From Mobula hypostoma (taxonomy: Eukaryota), in assembly GCF_963921235.1 (NCBI RefSeq), contig NC_086097.1, positions 83,330,001 to 83,394,000 of the forward strand: a stretch of DNA of 64,000 nucleotides. The letters run 5' to 3'. Positions 63,768-64,000 of this stretch are shown piece after piece. The notes below the pieces were generated by a model that was given only the letters and a program-made list of their open reading frames with translations, did not search any database and had not been told where the DNA came from. How positions within the stretch are numbered: position 1 is the stretch's first letter; every line of letters starts with the position of its first letter. The translations under genes were made by a program, and so were the position numbers.

Positions 63768-64000
63768 GTAAGTGTTTCAGGATACCAGAAAACATTGAGT
63801 TACTGGGTACTAAAATCCTAAGAAAGTAAAAGTAATTTTCTAATAGATAACACATACCTAAACTGATTATCTCCCTCCCAAAAATCTCCAGAAAATGCAG
63901 AGGAATTTTCATTGCCAATTGTGCTCTGACTTTTAGCTCTTACTTGCTTGAACCCATCATTCTCGGTGTTATGTGCCAGCAATAATGTGCAGTGTGTAAT

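Noticed and set aside
1..64000. CRISPR array, prokaryotic operon or retron-like system suggested by RT ORFs and recurring short repeats
   Set aside because: The RTs are eukaryotic LINE types, the repeats are dispersed TE termini rather than regularly spaced, and the host gene is spliced.

Overview
Eukaryotic, AT-rich, repeat-dense vertebrate DNA. The repeat repertoire (CR1 LINEs, Rex1/Babar-like LINEs, Penelope-like termini, tRNA SINEs) suggests a cartilaginous fish, probably a ray; this is inference. The window lies inside one + strand gene, a CRIM1-like cysteine-rich protein. Four internal phase-1 coding exons are visible (16908-17150, 28773-28955, 50182-50379, 63639-63767). From memory their lengths match CRIM1 exons 3, 6, 7 and 8. 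I found no equivalent of exons 4-5 (the RGD region), so this may be a diverged paralogue. The introns hold nested mobile elements: two long 5'-truncated CR1s (one nearly intact), a Tc1 IR/DR transposon, two hAT elements, Tigger-like elements, and a decayed Gypsy carrying four later insertions plus a CT tract. The most notable non-coding signal is a set of minimal type I hammerhead ribozyme cores in short Penelope-like terminal fragments. The three copies with intact cores are all antisense to the host gene. No rRNA, tRNA genes, CRISPR or prokaryotic systems were seen. Coordinates were read by eye; family names come from motif recognition, not database searches.
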